DNA of 64,000 bases from Octopus vulgaris (GCA_951406725.2 OX597817.1:1178001-1242000), one strand, 5' to 3'. Counted from the first letter of the stretch, positions 43,526 to 55,768 are shown. Numbers and translations: made by a program. The notes: generated by a model not told the origin, from the sequence alone.

Positions 43526-43603
43526 ATATGCTTTATTTAAAGCAGCAGAAAATTTAACAAAATAGGTTTTGTTGAATTTTCTGCTGCTTTAAATAAAGTA
43601 TAT
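43526..43603. repeat. Near-perfect hairpin with arms of about 37 bp
   Basis: ATATGCTTTATTTAAAGCAGCAGAAAATTTAACAAAA-TAGG-TTTTGTTGAATTTTCTGCTGCTTTAAATAAAGTATAT. Confidence 0.85.
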
Positions 43604-43645
43604 ATATTTATATACTGAAAAGTTAACCGTTTTCTTTATACATAC

Positions 43646-43724
<79 letters not shown>

Positions 43725-44120
43725 ATATATGTGTGTATGTATATATACACATATATATGTGTATATATATATGTATAAATATATACATGCATAATACATA
43801 GATATATACATACATATACATATATATACAAATGTATATATATGTACTTACACATAAGAGACCAAAGTGTACGTACGCCACCATATGTATATAGAAAGGA
43901 ATACAGAAAATGGGACAAAAACGCAAAACATCCGGACAGATGATACAAAAAAAGGACAAGAAAAAACAAGGGCGAGTCATTCGGAGCTTTCTTTCCTCAG
44001 TCGAGTTTCAAATTATCTTTTCAATTTTGGCTGGTTATACTCGAGATTGATCCAATCTGGCCATCCCCAAGGAAAAACTAAGCTAAGAGCACTAGATTCC
44101 TATATATATATATATATATA

Positions 44121-44500
44121 CTAGCAGTATCGCCCGGCGTTGCTCAGGTTTGTAAGGGAAATAACTATAAAGCATTTTTAGAGAGTTATAGCCAAAAAAT
44201 AGCCAAAAAATGGGAAAAAAATGATGGTAATTTTTTTTTGAGATTTAAAAAAGGTGGAGTTGCGTCCCCTAGACAGTTTGTGGTTCGTGTTTCTGATTCT
44301 CGACCCCATGTCGAATTTATCGATTTTTTTCAGAACTGGGGGAACTTTTCAAAATTTTCGCTGCGTTAGTTTTGAATTATGACATTGGGCTATGTGTGTG
44401 TCAAGTTTCATCAGAATCGGTTGAAAGCCGTGGTCAGGGTGAGGGTACAAGCAAACAGACACACAGAAACACGCACAGACAAACTGCCGTTTATATATAT
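44121..44500 (-). mobile_element. Non-autonomous Helitron-like element
   Basis: The minus-strand 3' end has a GC hairpin CCTGAGCAACGCCGGG followed by ...CTAG at an A/T site in (TA)n. The 5' end reads TATATATAAACGGCAGTTTGTCTGTG. Confidence 0.7.
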
Positions 44501-44518
44501 AATATATATATATATATA

Positions 44519-44670
44519 TTGGGTTTTCCGGAAAGTTCGTGCCGATTATTAAAGGAAAGAAAAAGGTCAATAAATACTTGCCCTTACATTTTTAATCAAC
44601 CAAATATGAACCATTTTGTTGCACAATGCACAATGCATCTGCATCTTTCCTTTAACTTGAAAATACCCTC
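44519..44670 (-). mobile_element. 3' end (TIR plus C-terminal codons) of the same mariner family as 1827-2386
   Basis: Reverse complement of 2242-2386. Confidence 0.85.
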
Positions 44671-45297
44671 AATCTCGAGTATTACCAGCCAAAATTGCAA
44701 AGCTAATCTGGAACTCGACTAAAGAAAGAAAAGTCCGAATGACTAGTCCTTATTTTTTCTTGTCCCCTTTTTTTTGTATCATCTGTCTGGATGTTTTGCG
44801 TTTTTAGCCCATTTTTATATTCCTTTATATATATATGATTTTATTGGTTCATAATCATGAATTATAATAGTAATCAACCCGTACTCTTCTAATATACCTA
44901 TATGCGTACATTTAAACATATTTACACACTCATACATACATACATGCACACACACATGATTATATTCCATAGATACATACATACATATATTGCATACACA
45001 CAAAAGCACAGATAAGTTGATATATCAAGTAGCCTATAATCAATTCGAGTTGCAATCATGTTAATTAGCAAACTTGATAACCTTGATATAAAAACCGTGA
45101 TCATGTATGAGAGAATGATTTGATTGCCGATGTGAGGTTTCGGTTGCAAATTTCACAGGGAAGAGCGAGAACTAGAGTGCTAGAAATAACTGGAAAAAGA
45201 AGTAAAATGGAACGCAGGAAGATCGGTGTGTACGTATATGAGTATGCATGTATAGAGGGGGAAGTATAGGTACATACGTAGATATGTGCATGCATTC

Positions 45298-45332
<35 letters not shown>

Positions 45333-45370
45333 TGTATGTATGTATGTATGTATGTATGTATGTATGTATA

Positions 45371-45651
45371 TGGCCCAGTGGTTAGGGCAGCTGACTCGCG
45401 GTTTCGATTCCCAGACCGGGCGTTGTGAGTGTTTATTGAGCGAAAACACCTAAAAATGCTCCACGAGGCTCCGGCAGGGGCTAGTGATCCCTGCTGTACT
45501 CTTTCACCACGCTTTCTTTCACTCTTTCTTCTGTTGGTCTGCTCGCTTAGCCAGCGGGGTGGCGTCATTCGAAGGCTAAAACAATGTGAACGCATTGTGA
45601 CCAGCGTTGTGTAACAACATCTGATGGTCTGGTCGGTCACGTGATCATGTG
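45371..45651 (+). mobile_element. tRNA-headed SINE, third family
   Basis: A-box-like TGGCCCAGTGGTTAGG and B-box-like GGTTTCGATTCCC. It ends GGTCACGTGATCATGTGA before (TA)n. Confidence 0.65.
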
Positions 45652-45723
45652 AGATATATATATATATATATATATATATGTACTCGGAAATGGATGCGTG
45701 GCGTTCACTTAAATAATGATATA

Positions 45724-45789
<66 letters not shown>

Positions 45790-46197
45790 GGGAACAGGAC
45801 GTCACCAACTGTGTAAGCAACCTGAAATACGAAAACAAGACCTAAATACGCAAACAACGAGAGAAAAATGGAAAATAGGACAAGTAAACACAGAGAACGA
45901 GCCTTCATCAGTTGTCAGCTGTCTACTCCTCATTTCGAGCATTCAACGAAAATATAAGACTTCAAAGACAGTTGCTTCCATGAATTTTGTTGGAAACAAA
46001 AACAGGAGAGTTGAGTCAAAGAAGGAAATCGAAGGAAAGCAAAGATGGAGGCTGGTTAGACCAGAACGAGAGGAAAATTGTGAACGCTGGGGGAAATAGT
46101 TTCTTTCAAAAGAGAAAAGATATGAGAAAAAGAACGTCTGTGTAGGAAAAGATGGTCACGCGAGGGAAAGGAAGATGGACGCTGGTCACTTGTGAGC

Positions 46198-46245
<48 letters not shown>

Positions 46246-46401
46246 GGAGAGAGACAGATAGAAAACGGTGAAGGAGGAGAAAAAGGGAATTAGAGAAGGA
46301 TAGAGGAAGAAAATAGCATAAAGTAGAGTTGCATCACAAAGGTGAAGATAAATTTACTTGGAAACGGATGTGTGGCGTTCAATTAAATAACAATACCAAC
46401 A

Positions 46402-46452
<51 letters not shown>

Positions 46453-46456
<4 letters not shown>

Positions 46457-46850
46457 ACTCTTTTACTTGTTTCAGTCATTTGACTGCTGCCATGCTGGAG
46501 CACCGCCTTTAGTCGAGCAACTCGACCCCGGGATTTATTCTTTGTAAGCCCAGTACTTATTCTATCGGTCTCTTTTGCCGAACCGCTAAGTAACGGGGAC
46601 ATAAACACACCAACATCGGTTGTCAAGCAATGCTAGGGGGACAAACACAGACACACAAACATACACGCATATATATATACATATATATGACGGGCTTCTT
46701 TCAGTTTCCGTCTACCAAATCCACTCACAAGGCTTTGGTCGGCCCGAGGCTATAGTAGAAGACACTTACCCAAGGTGCCACGCAGTGGGACTGAACCCGG
46801 AACCATGTGGTTGGTAAACAAGCTACTTACCACACAGCCACTCCTGCGCC
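46453..46850 (-). mobile_element. Full-length SINE family B copy
   Basis: Reverse complement of the family B consensus, flanked by (TA)n. Confidence 0.9.
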
Positions 46851-46873
46851 TATATATATATATATATATATTT

Positions 46874-47314
46874 GTTGTGCAAGATTTTTAATGTGAAGTC
46901 TTGTGTTGAAACAGATATTGTTATATTTCGGAATGGTCATTTTGCCAGTTTAGCCAATAAAAACACACGCACTATATATTTGGTGTTATTTTGCTTCAGT
47001 GTTATTTATTTTTTACATTAATCTTAATCTAATTTCGGCCAGAGTTCTTTCGTCACACTCCTGTGACCGCATCAGAGATATAAGCATGTGCAAATGAAGA
47101 CATACAATAGAAATATAAAATGACTGACGGTTAGTAAGGAGAGACACAAATAAGAAAGAAGAAAACAAAGGACACTGATGCGGTCACAGGAGTGTGACGA
47201 AAGAACTCTGGTCGAAATAAGATTAAGATTAATGTAAAAAATAAATAACACCAAATATATAGTGCCTGTGTTTTTATTGGCTAAACTGGCAAAATGATCA
47301 TTCCGAAATATAAC
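46874..47314. mobile_element. Inverted pair of family Z repeats, each with an HHR-like motif
   Basis: 46920-47075 is the reverse complement of 47175-47314. The motifs are at 47037-47075(-) and 47170-47213(+). Confidence 0.8.
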
Positions 47315-47344
47315 TATATATATATATATATATATTTATGGAAA

Positions 47345-47647
47345 TTAGTAAAAAGTGAAAAAACTTCAGAAGGCTTGTTTTAAAAAGTTAAAAAATATAT
47401 ATTTGAGTCATTATGTCAGAAGAATGTTATAAATTTATTCATACAATGACATAGTTTTTGAAGAAATGACAGGTTTTGCGTTCAGCTTTTCAAATTTCTT
47501 ACATCGTTATGTTTTCGTTGAGAAGTGAGAAGAAGAGTTCCAGATAAGGGGAGGTAATAAGTGATTTCTACCGGTGTAAGGGAGATAATCGCTTAATATC
47601 TCTTGCCTTTTTTGGGGATGAGTTTCTCTGTATAAGAATGTTGGAAT
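47345..47647 (-). mobile_element. Solo diverged copy of the PLE 3' terminal region (homologous to 49863-50157)
   Basis: Colinear similarity from TAGTAAAAAGTGAA to TGTATAAG.ATGTTGGAAT. Confidence 0.85.
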
Positions 47648-47709
47648 GTTTGCGTATTTAACTCGTTTGTTTTCGTATTTCATGTTGTTTACACAGTTGT
47701 ACCCATATA

Positions 47710-47812
<103 letters not shown>

Positions 47813-48097
47813 GCATATATGGGTACAACTGTGTAAACAACATGAAATACGAAAACAAACGAGTTAAATACGCAAACAACGAGAGAAAAAATGTAAAACA
47901 GGACAAGTAAACACAGAGAACGGCCCTTCATCAGTTGTCGGCTGCCTATCTACTCCTCATTTCGAGCATTTAACGACAATATGAAACTTCAAAGACAGTT
48001 GCTCCTATAAATTGTAAAATAAAATTTAAGATTTATGGAGGGAACAAAAAGTTGGGAACAAAACAGGCCAGTTGACCCTCCTTAAACCCTAAATTCT

Positions 48098-48695
48098 ATT
48101 TTTGAATGAACCTTTTCTGGACCGAATAGTGACTGGTGAAGAGATATGATTTCTGTATAAAAATGACAAGCGCCGAAGATCGTGGGTAGGGAAAGGAGAA
48201 ACGCTGGCACCCCACGTAAGATATTATCTGTTTGATGGGATGTGAAAGGTTTAGTCCATTTTGAACTTTTAAAACCAAACCAGACGATAACAAAGGAGAT
48301 CTACTGCGAGCAGCTTGAGCGGCTTATGTCAGCGCTAGAAGGAAAACGACCATCTTTGATTTCAAGTCAAAAGTTATTTTTCCATCGGGATAATGCTCGA
48401 CCACAAACAGTTGAGGATGACATTTCAAAGGCTGGGGCAGTTTCAATGGGAAACGGTGCGACACCCACCATATTCGCCGGATATTGCACCATCTGATTAT
48501 CATTTATTCCACGGTCTTCAAAATCATTTGGATGGAAAAAATATGAATTCTGTAGACAAAGTTAGAAAAGTTCTGGAGGGTATGGAAGAGCATTGTAGAA
48601 AATGAAGGCGAGTATATTTTAGATTGAAAAAGAACTTTGTTTCTCTTAAATTTGAAAAATAAAAGAAATATAAAAAAATACCGCATTATTTATGA
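48098..48695 (+). mobile_element. Mariner transposase remnant with 3' end
   Basis: FLDRIVTGEE, WDVKGLVHFELL, FHRDNARP and HPPYSPDIAPSDYHLF, with frameshifts and deletions. Confidence 0.88.
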
Positions 48696-48812
48696 GTTGT
48701 ATGTATATATATAGTATCTGGGAGATAAATATATAGTTAAATATTTAGAGAGATAGTCGGTCGTAGCGGTACATACATTAATAGTGTGACAGTGTGATAG
48801 TACACAGATATA

Positions 48813-48857
<45 letters not shown>

Positions 48858-48859
<2 letters not shown>

Positions 48860-49339
48860 GATATAGTGTATATTTAAACACATAGAGAATCCACTTATAG
48901 GAATTCTATGCATTAGAAAGAACAGCTAAGTTCTATGACCACAAAAAATTGGGATAAAAATTCGACGAATGAATTTGGAAATGAAAAACATTTACCATCT
49001 GGTATCCTGGACCAATTGGTTTCTAATCATGTTTTAGCGGGTGCTGGAGAACTCACAAGGTTTGATTTTCTTCAGCAGGTCCAACCTAGTATTAAACATA
49101 TCCACACGAGACAAACAAGGCTACCTGTCTCGTGTTTATACGAACTAACTTTTCAAATTTACTGCGCCGACGCAGTCCTTCGTTGGCTACAATAGAAAAC
49201 CGCCAACTTATTAACCGAAAATTATCCAAAAACTTACAGTATTTAATCATACCAAAGGGAAAAGAAGTTAGCTGTTCTTTCTAATGCGTAGAATCCCTAT
49301 AAGTGGATTCTCTATGTGTTTAAATATACACTATATCGT
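48858..49339. repeat. Inverted repeat with arms of about 77 bp (48858-48934 and 49263-49339) next to (TA)n
   Basis: ACGATATAGTGTATATTTAAACACATAGAGAATCCACTTATAGG...CAGCTAAGTTCT and its near-exact reverse complement. Confidence 0.85.
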
Positions 49340-49504
49340 ATGACTAATATATAGTCTTTTTGACTAAAATTTTTTACGCGTTAGACACAGGAAATGTAAA
49401 TTTTGATTGAATGTTTTTAATTCTAATTAAATTCCATTTCCCTTTGATATGATTAAATACTATATATATATATATATATATATAAATATATACATATATA
49501 AATG

Positions 49505-49536
<32 letters not shown>

Positions 49537-49815
49537 AAGATAGATATATACATATATATATACATATATACACACATATATATATGTATATATATGTATA
49601 TATATGTATATATATATGTGTATATATATGTATATATGTATATATATATGTATATATGTGTATATATATATATATAATTAATTAATAAGGGTGAGAGAAT
49701 TAGATACTAATTTAATAGTATATTTATTCAACACCAAGTGGCCTATTTTCGTGGTTGAAACCTTTTGGATTAACTGGTGCTAGAGTGAGCAATATAGTGA
49801 CCACTCTCTTATATT

Positions 49816-49865
<50 letters not shown>

Positions 49866-49978
49866 GTAAAAAGTGAATAAACTACAGAAGGCTTGTTTTA
49901 AAAGGTTAAAAAATATATATTTGAGTCAATATGTCTGAAGAATGTTATCAATTTTTTTCTTACAATGACATAGTTTAG

Positions 49979-50018
49979 AAAAAATGACCGGTTTCGCGTT
50001 CAGCTTTTCAAATTTCTT
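49979..50018 (-). ncRNA. Minimal type-I hammerhead in the PLE 3' UTR, U3:A8 variant
   Basis: AAGAAAU-UUGAAAA-GC(UGAAC)GC-GAAACCGGUC-AUUUUUU. The sister copy at 47461-47500 has a perfect stem I AAGAAAU/AUUUCUU but G12A. Confidence 0.7.
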
Positions 50019-50100
50019 ACATCGTTATGTTTATGTTGAGAAGAGTTCCAAATAAGGGAAGGTAATAAGTGATTTCTTCCGGTGTAAGGGAGATAATCGC

Positions 50101-52400
50101 TTAAAATTTTTTGTCTTTCCTTTGGAGTGAATTTCTCTGTATAAGTATGTTGGAATGGTTAAGTCTGGGCTTGTACTTTTCAATGAAGAATGTTTCCTTG
50201 TTTAGTCTAATTTGTGTTGGTGTTCCGATAACACATTGGTAAAATGGAAAGATTAAAAATTGTGGTAGTAGTTGCTTTGCGCATTTCTCAATGTGCTCAC
50301 TAAAGGGTATCATCCTGTATTCTGGGAATGCAATCTGTTGTCGATGCAGTGTGCATCTACGTCTGAGTGATAGTCCCGTGGATCCCACGTAGTCTTGGTG
50401 GCAGCCCGAGCATTTTATGACATAAATTATGTTTTCAGAGGCACAAATAAAATTAGATTTGATCTTGAATTTCTGTCCCTCTTTGAAGAGGAATTCTGAT
50501 TATTCTAGAAGGTTTAGACACGTTGCACAGTTCGGTCTACCACATTTTTTTACTTTTGCATCCGTAATTTCAGAAAGCAATTTTGCCTTTGTGAGAATCT
50601 TTTAAGTGATTTAGGTTGTTTGTAGCTTTTAATGATTTGGTGTATGTTTAGAATTTCCTTTAATTTGGGGTCCTTATGAAGTATTGGTAAATTCTGGGTG
50701 ATGATGGTGAAGGCTTCTTTGTTTCTGGGGTTGTATGTGGATATGTAAGGTAGTATTTTCGGGGAAGGTGTGTTGTTGTGTTGAACTTTTCTTAAAGTTT
50801 CTATGTTGATTTCTGTTGCACGTCTGATCCCATCCTCTATGAGTTGAGCTGGGTAATGTCTGTCAATTAGGGTGTTTTTGAGTTCTTGCAGTCTAAAGTT
50901 CCTGGTATTTTGTTCTGACACTATTGTGCATATCCTTCTTGCAAGGTTGAAGGGGATGTTTGTTTTAGTGTGTCTTGGGCGGCATGAATTAAAAGAAGGT
51001 ATTGTTTGGCGTCTGTGGCTTTGTAAATAATGTCTGTTTCTATTTTAAGGTTAATTTTTTTAATTAGTATATCCAAGAATGGGAGCTCCTTTTGGTTGTA
51101 TTCCATTGTGAACTGTATATTTGGGTTTATGCTGTTCAATAGGTTTTTAAATTTTAGGAGTTTATCTGTGTTTTCATTCCAGAGTATAAAACAATCGTCC
51201 AGGAATCGTTTCCAATTCTCTTTTATGTATTGAGAGAGGGGGTTTCCAAAGATTAATAAAAATTCCTGGTAAATGATTATTTCCAGGTAGCCTATTGTTA
51301 GGTTTGCAATGACTGGTGCTGCCCTTGTACCCATAGCAATTCCGGATTTTTGACGGTAAAATGTATTGTCAAACATGAAGTGGTTATTATGTAGGATGAA
51401 TTCAATTGATTTAGTAATGAATTCTTTACTGATCCTTTTTGGTATTTCTTCCGGAAATTGGTCCAGCCAGAACTGTATTGCCTCTAGTCCATAATTATGA
51501 GGTATACTGGTATATAAGTTAACTACATCAAATGAAACCATGATTGTTTCTTCCTTGGCTTTTTTTGGAAGGTGGTTTAACATATCTAAGTCATCTCTGA
51601 TATGGTTATCGATATGTTTAAGGAGGGGTTTCAGGAGGATGTCCATAAATAGACTTAGTCTGTGTGTTTCACAGGTTGGGCCAGCTACAATGGGTCGTAG
51701 TTTTAGGTCCCCCGGGTTAGGTGTGTGTATGTATGTCTTTGGTGATTTTTTAATGGTTTCATTTATAATTTGGCTTTTATGAATTTTTGGCAGACCATAG
51801 AAGAGGCTAGGTTTGCATTTAAAGTTTGTTAGAAAGTCAATCTCTTTGGTTGTTAGTTCCTTTTCATGGGTTTTAATTAGTGAAGATAGATTTTTCATTA
51901 TTTTTTGTGGGGTGTAGTTGGTAATTTTTTCATAATGTAGGTCGTCATCAAGCAAGGAAATTACAAGATTTCTATAGTATGATGTATCCATTATTACAAC
52001 TGCATTTCCCTTGTCTGCTTCCTTAATGGTTATATCTTCATCATTTTGAAGTTCTATCAGTTCCTTCCATTGTGTAGTGTTAAAATTTGGGTTAGCTTTC
52101 TGTTTATGTATAGTATGGTAGGGGAAGTTCTCAATGTGGCTGCAGAACTCGTCAAGATCTTTATTTCTTCCTCTGTGGGGGATGTTCACTTTTGTTCTTG
52201 ACTAGTGATTCATCTTCAGTATTGAAACTGGTTGATGTTTCTGCTAGTCTTAATTTTCTGCAAAATTCTGTTATATTATCCTTGATTTCATTTAGGTTGG
52301 CTCTGCGTGGAGTTGGTGTAAATTTGAGCCCTTTTGAGAGGATGTCAATTTTTATGTTAGAAAGAGGTTTGGTTGAAAGATTGATTATCTTCGGTTTTTC
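50101..52400 (-). pseudogene. PLE ORF (RT plus GIY-YIG endonuclease) broken by frameshifts
   Basis: Assembled from ORFs 50921..52189, 50550..50921 and 50101..50388 plus an upstream frame. Frameshifts lie near 52190, 50990, 50600 and 50430. Confidence 0.88.
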
Positions 52401-53040
52401 CTTATTACTAGGTTCCAGCCTGTGTCCTGGTGTCTCTGGTCCCTGGCTAAAAAATGTTGGGTGTAATTTTGTTTGTATGAGTTGTCTGTGAGGTTGTGTG
52501 ATATTGGGTCGGGGGAATGGTGGTATTGTTACCCCCGATTGTTGTGTGTGTGTGGGAATCTATGGTTGTTTTTGTTTGTGGTGTGTGTAAAATTTCTGTA
52601 TGTGAAATATTTTTGTTTCGAACTGCTTGTATGTGGGATGTTGCTTGACATAGTGTTTTTTTGGCGTTTGTCTTGTGTTCAGTGGGGACCAGTAATTTTG
52701 GTTTATGGGGTAGTAGCGACTTATGTGTGGTGTATTTCTTATTCTAGTGTTGTTTTGTGCTGTTATGTGGTGGTTGGGTCTGGTATTAGGATATTGTTGG
52801 CGTGTTCTGTTTTTGGTGTAATTTATTTCATAGACGCGTTGTCTGTCAGCTTGTTCCCTGTTAAGTCTTGCGTGGTTTGAAAATGTTGGTTGTGGGTGAT
52901 TTCTGTTTCTAGTGTATGGAGGATAGTTGGGGGTTGTTCGTGGGTTGTTTGGTTTTTATTTTTGTGCATCTCCTCATCAATGTTTTTAAATTTTACTATT
53001 TTCTATATATTCAACCACGTGCTTTCACAAACCAACTTTC

Positions 53041-53123
<83 letters not shown>

Positions 53124-53149
53124 CACACATATATTTGTATATATATTCC

Positions 53150-53193
53150 ACCCGTCTAGCTCGGGGTCGTGGGTTCCAGCCCCATGTTGGGTG
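53150..53193 (+). pseudogene. Internally deleted tRNA-Lys(CUU)-like sequence
   Basis: ACCCGTCTAGCTC joined to GGGGTCGTGGGTTCCAGCCCCATGTTGGGTG matches the 5' and 3' ends of metazoan tRNA-Lys(CUU) as recalled. The middle, including the anticodon arm, is absent. Confidence 0.7.
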
Positions 53194-53356
53194 TACCTTT
53201 TTCTCTTGTATAATATATATCTTCTGCTGATTAGTGACAAAGGTCATACTTACTTCACACTTTCGTTCCCTTTTGTTGTTTTCTACAGGTGGTGCACCAG
53301 CATGACCTCAGCCCTGGGCTGAACCGGTAAAAGATAAAAGATATATAGATATATAT

Positions 53357-54624
53357 ATATAATATATTAATAAATAAAATAAAACATATGCATATATATA
53401 AACATATATGTACGTACTTACCTCTACATGTACATATACACGCATATATGAGTACAGGACACCAAAAAGGACGTCGAACAAAATGAGAAACGAAAACATA
53501 AAAAATAGAATACAGGACAATTAACACAAGGAAAAACCCCTTCTTCAGTCGCTAAAGCTTTCATCTACTCTACGTTTCGAAGGATAAAAGCGAGACGTAT
53601 CTTCGACAAGAAAACTTTCCTTCCTGCGAAAAGCAAATCAATTAAAATTCTGAGATCTTTTCGCAGAGGGGTAAAAAATAGTAACAACAGGACAGTAACG
53701 ACAGTACAAATTGTAAACAGTAGAAGACAGGACAAGGAAAACAAGATAAGAAGGGCTGTTGACGCTGAACGAAAAAAAGTATGGCAAACGTAGAATTTTT
53801 TATGGACGACGAGCGGAGGAAAAAGAGTGTCGTCCATTACCTTGAAAGAGCCAGGTGAGAGAGACAGCAGCGGAATTGACGTCGTGGGTGAACGACGGAA
53901 AGGCGGAAGTCACGTCGCGGGTGAACGACGGGAAGGGGGGAGGAGGAGCAAGAGAAAGGGAGAGGAGAAGGGGAACGGCTGCGAGGAAACAATGAAGAAT
54001 GGAGAGGGGGAGAGAGAGTGAAGAATGAGAGAGAGGAAGAGACAGGTTAAGTAGAGGAAAAGGAAAACAAAGAATGAAGGCTGAGAAAGGGATGGGACAG
54101 AAAGGTTAAGAGTGCGCGTGAGAGTTAATATCAAGAAAAACTTGATATAAAGAACAATCTTAATTAAGGAGGTGCGTGCGTTTCCTCATATAATATATTA
54201 ATAAATAAAATAAAACATATGCATATATATAAACATATATGTACGTACCTACCTCTACATGTACATATACACGCATATATGAGTACAGGACACCAAAAGG
54301 ACGTCGAACACAATGAGAAACGAAAACATAAAAAATAGAATACAGGACAATTAACACAAGGAAAAACCACTTCTTCAGTCGCTAAAGCTTTCATCTACTC
54401 TACGTTTCGAAGGATAAAAGCGAGACGTATCTTCGACAAGAAAACTTTCCTTCCTGCGAAAAGCAAATCAATTAAAATTCTGAGATCTTTTCGCAGAGGG
54501 GTAAAAAATAGTAACAACAGGACAGTAACGACAGTACAAATTGTAAACAGTAGAAGACAGGACAAGGAAAACAAGATAAGAAGGGCTGTTGACGCCGAAC
54601 GAAAAAAAGTATTGCAAAGGCAGA

Positions 54625-54628
<4 letters not shown>
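53357..54628 (-). mobile_element. Non-coding element with direct repeats of about 440 bp (53357-53798 and 54188-54628), TA-flanked
   Basis: Near-identical repeats about 830 bp apart, a purine-rich spacer and no ORF. Each repeat contains the permuted HHR-like motif. Confidence 0.7.
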
Positions 54629-54695
<67 letters not shown>

Positions 54696-54795
54696 TGCAT
54701 AAAGAAGCATGCATATCATTAAATAGGCAGAGATACATTGATACATGGATACTGATAAGTAGGGAGAGAGAAAGATAGAAACATGGGTATATAAA

Positions 54796-54885
<90 letters not shown>

Positions 54886-55033
54886 AAAGAGAGAGAGAGA
54901 CAAAGAGAGAGAGAGAGACAAAGAGAGAGATTGATACGTAGATAATTAGTGCTTGTATGTGTATATTTTATATATATGTATATATATATATACATACACA
55001 CATATGATTGTGTGTGTATGTATGCTTATGCAT

Positions 55034-55083
<50 letters not shown>

Positions 55084-55697
55084 TTTATCTAGTATTCTAG
55101 CAGTAATGTAACTGATACCGAACGAAAAACAAACTCCAACACCCAAGTTTTTTATTGAATAGGATATCCCTTAACTCTCTCTCTCCCTCTCCCTCTCTCT
55201 TCTCACATTCTCCGTCAAAAGATTTCGCTTCTTTTTTCTTTTTTTCTTCTCCTAAGTTGTTGTTATTGTTATTGCAAAAGCCGTTTTAACCTGTTATTTT
55301 TCTTTCCCCGCCTCGCCCCGCCACCCTCCCACCACGTCTCATTATGGCCCCTTACGTACTATTCAAAATAGAAGACAGAAAGTTGGCCTGTAATGTATGT
55401 TAAGATCTCTCCACAAAGGTGGATGGAATAAACAATTAACCCCAAACACTGCTATCCATTTCGTTGGTTGGTACGAGCGGCGCAATGTGGTAGATGGCGG
55501 TGGCAGCGGCGGCGGTGGTGGTGGTGGTGAGGCGGCGGGGTCGGAGGTTGGGTATTGTGACATAGATCGGGCCAAGGACTCGGTTCTTCTTGTTTTTCTT
55601 CGAGTTCTCATTTCTCTTCCATCCCATCCACATAATCCACTTCTTTTCGAAATCCTCACCTTCCTCCTCTCTCCTCCTCTTTCTTCTTCTTGCACTT

Positions 55698-55768
<71 letters not shown>

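Larger units (their letters stand above)
49863..53040 (-). mobile_element. Penelope-like retroelement (Neptune-like), flanked by (TA)n
   Basis: N-terminal NLSTKPL..ILSKGLKFTPT. RT motifs ADKGNAVVIMD, FYGLPKIHK, LRPIVAG, SFDVVNLYTSI, GIAMGT, RFLDDCF and LPFLDI. Cys linker KCGRPNCATC. GIY-YIG motif IYVIKCSGCHQDYVGSTG..RRR..H. Confidence 0.93.

Noticed and set aside
43970-44030. CUGAGGA and UUGAAAA..GAAAC motifs on the minus strand
   Set aside because: The core elements are incomplete and not conserved in the inverted copy at 44690-44745.
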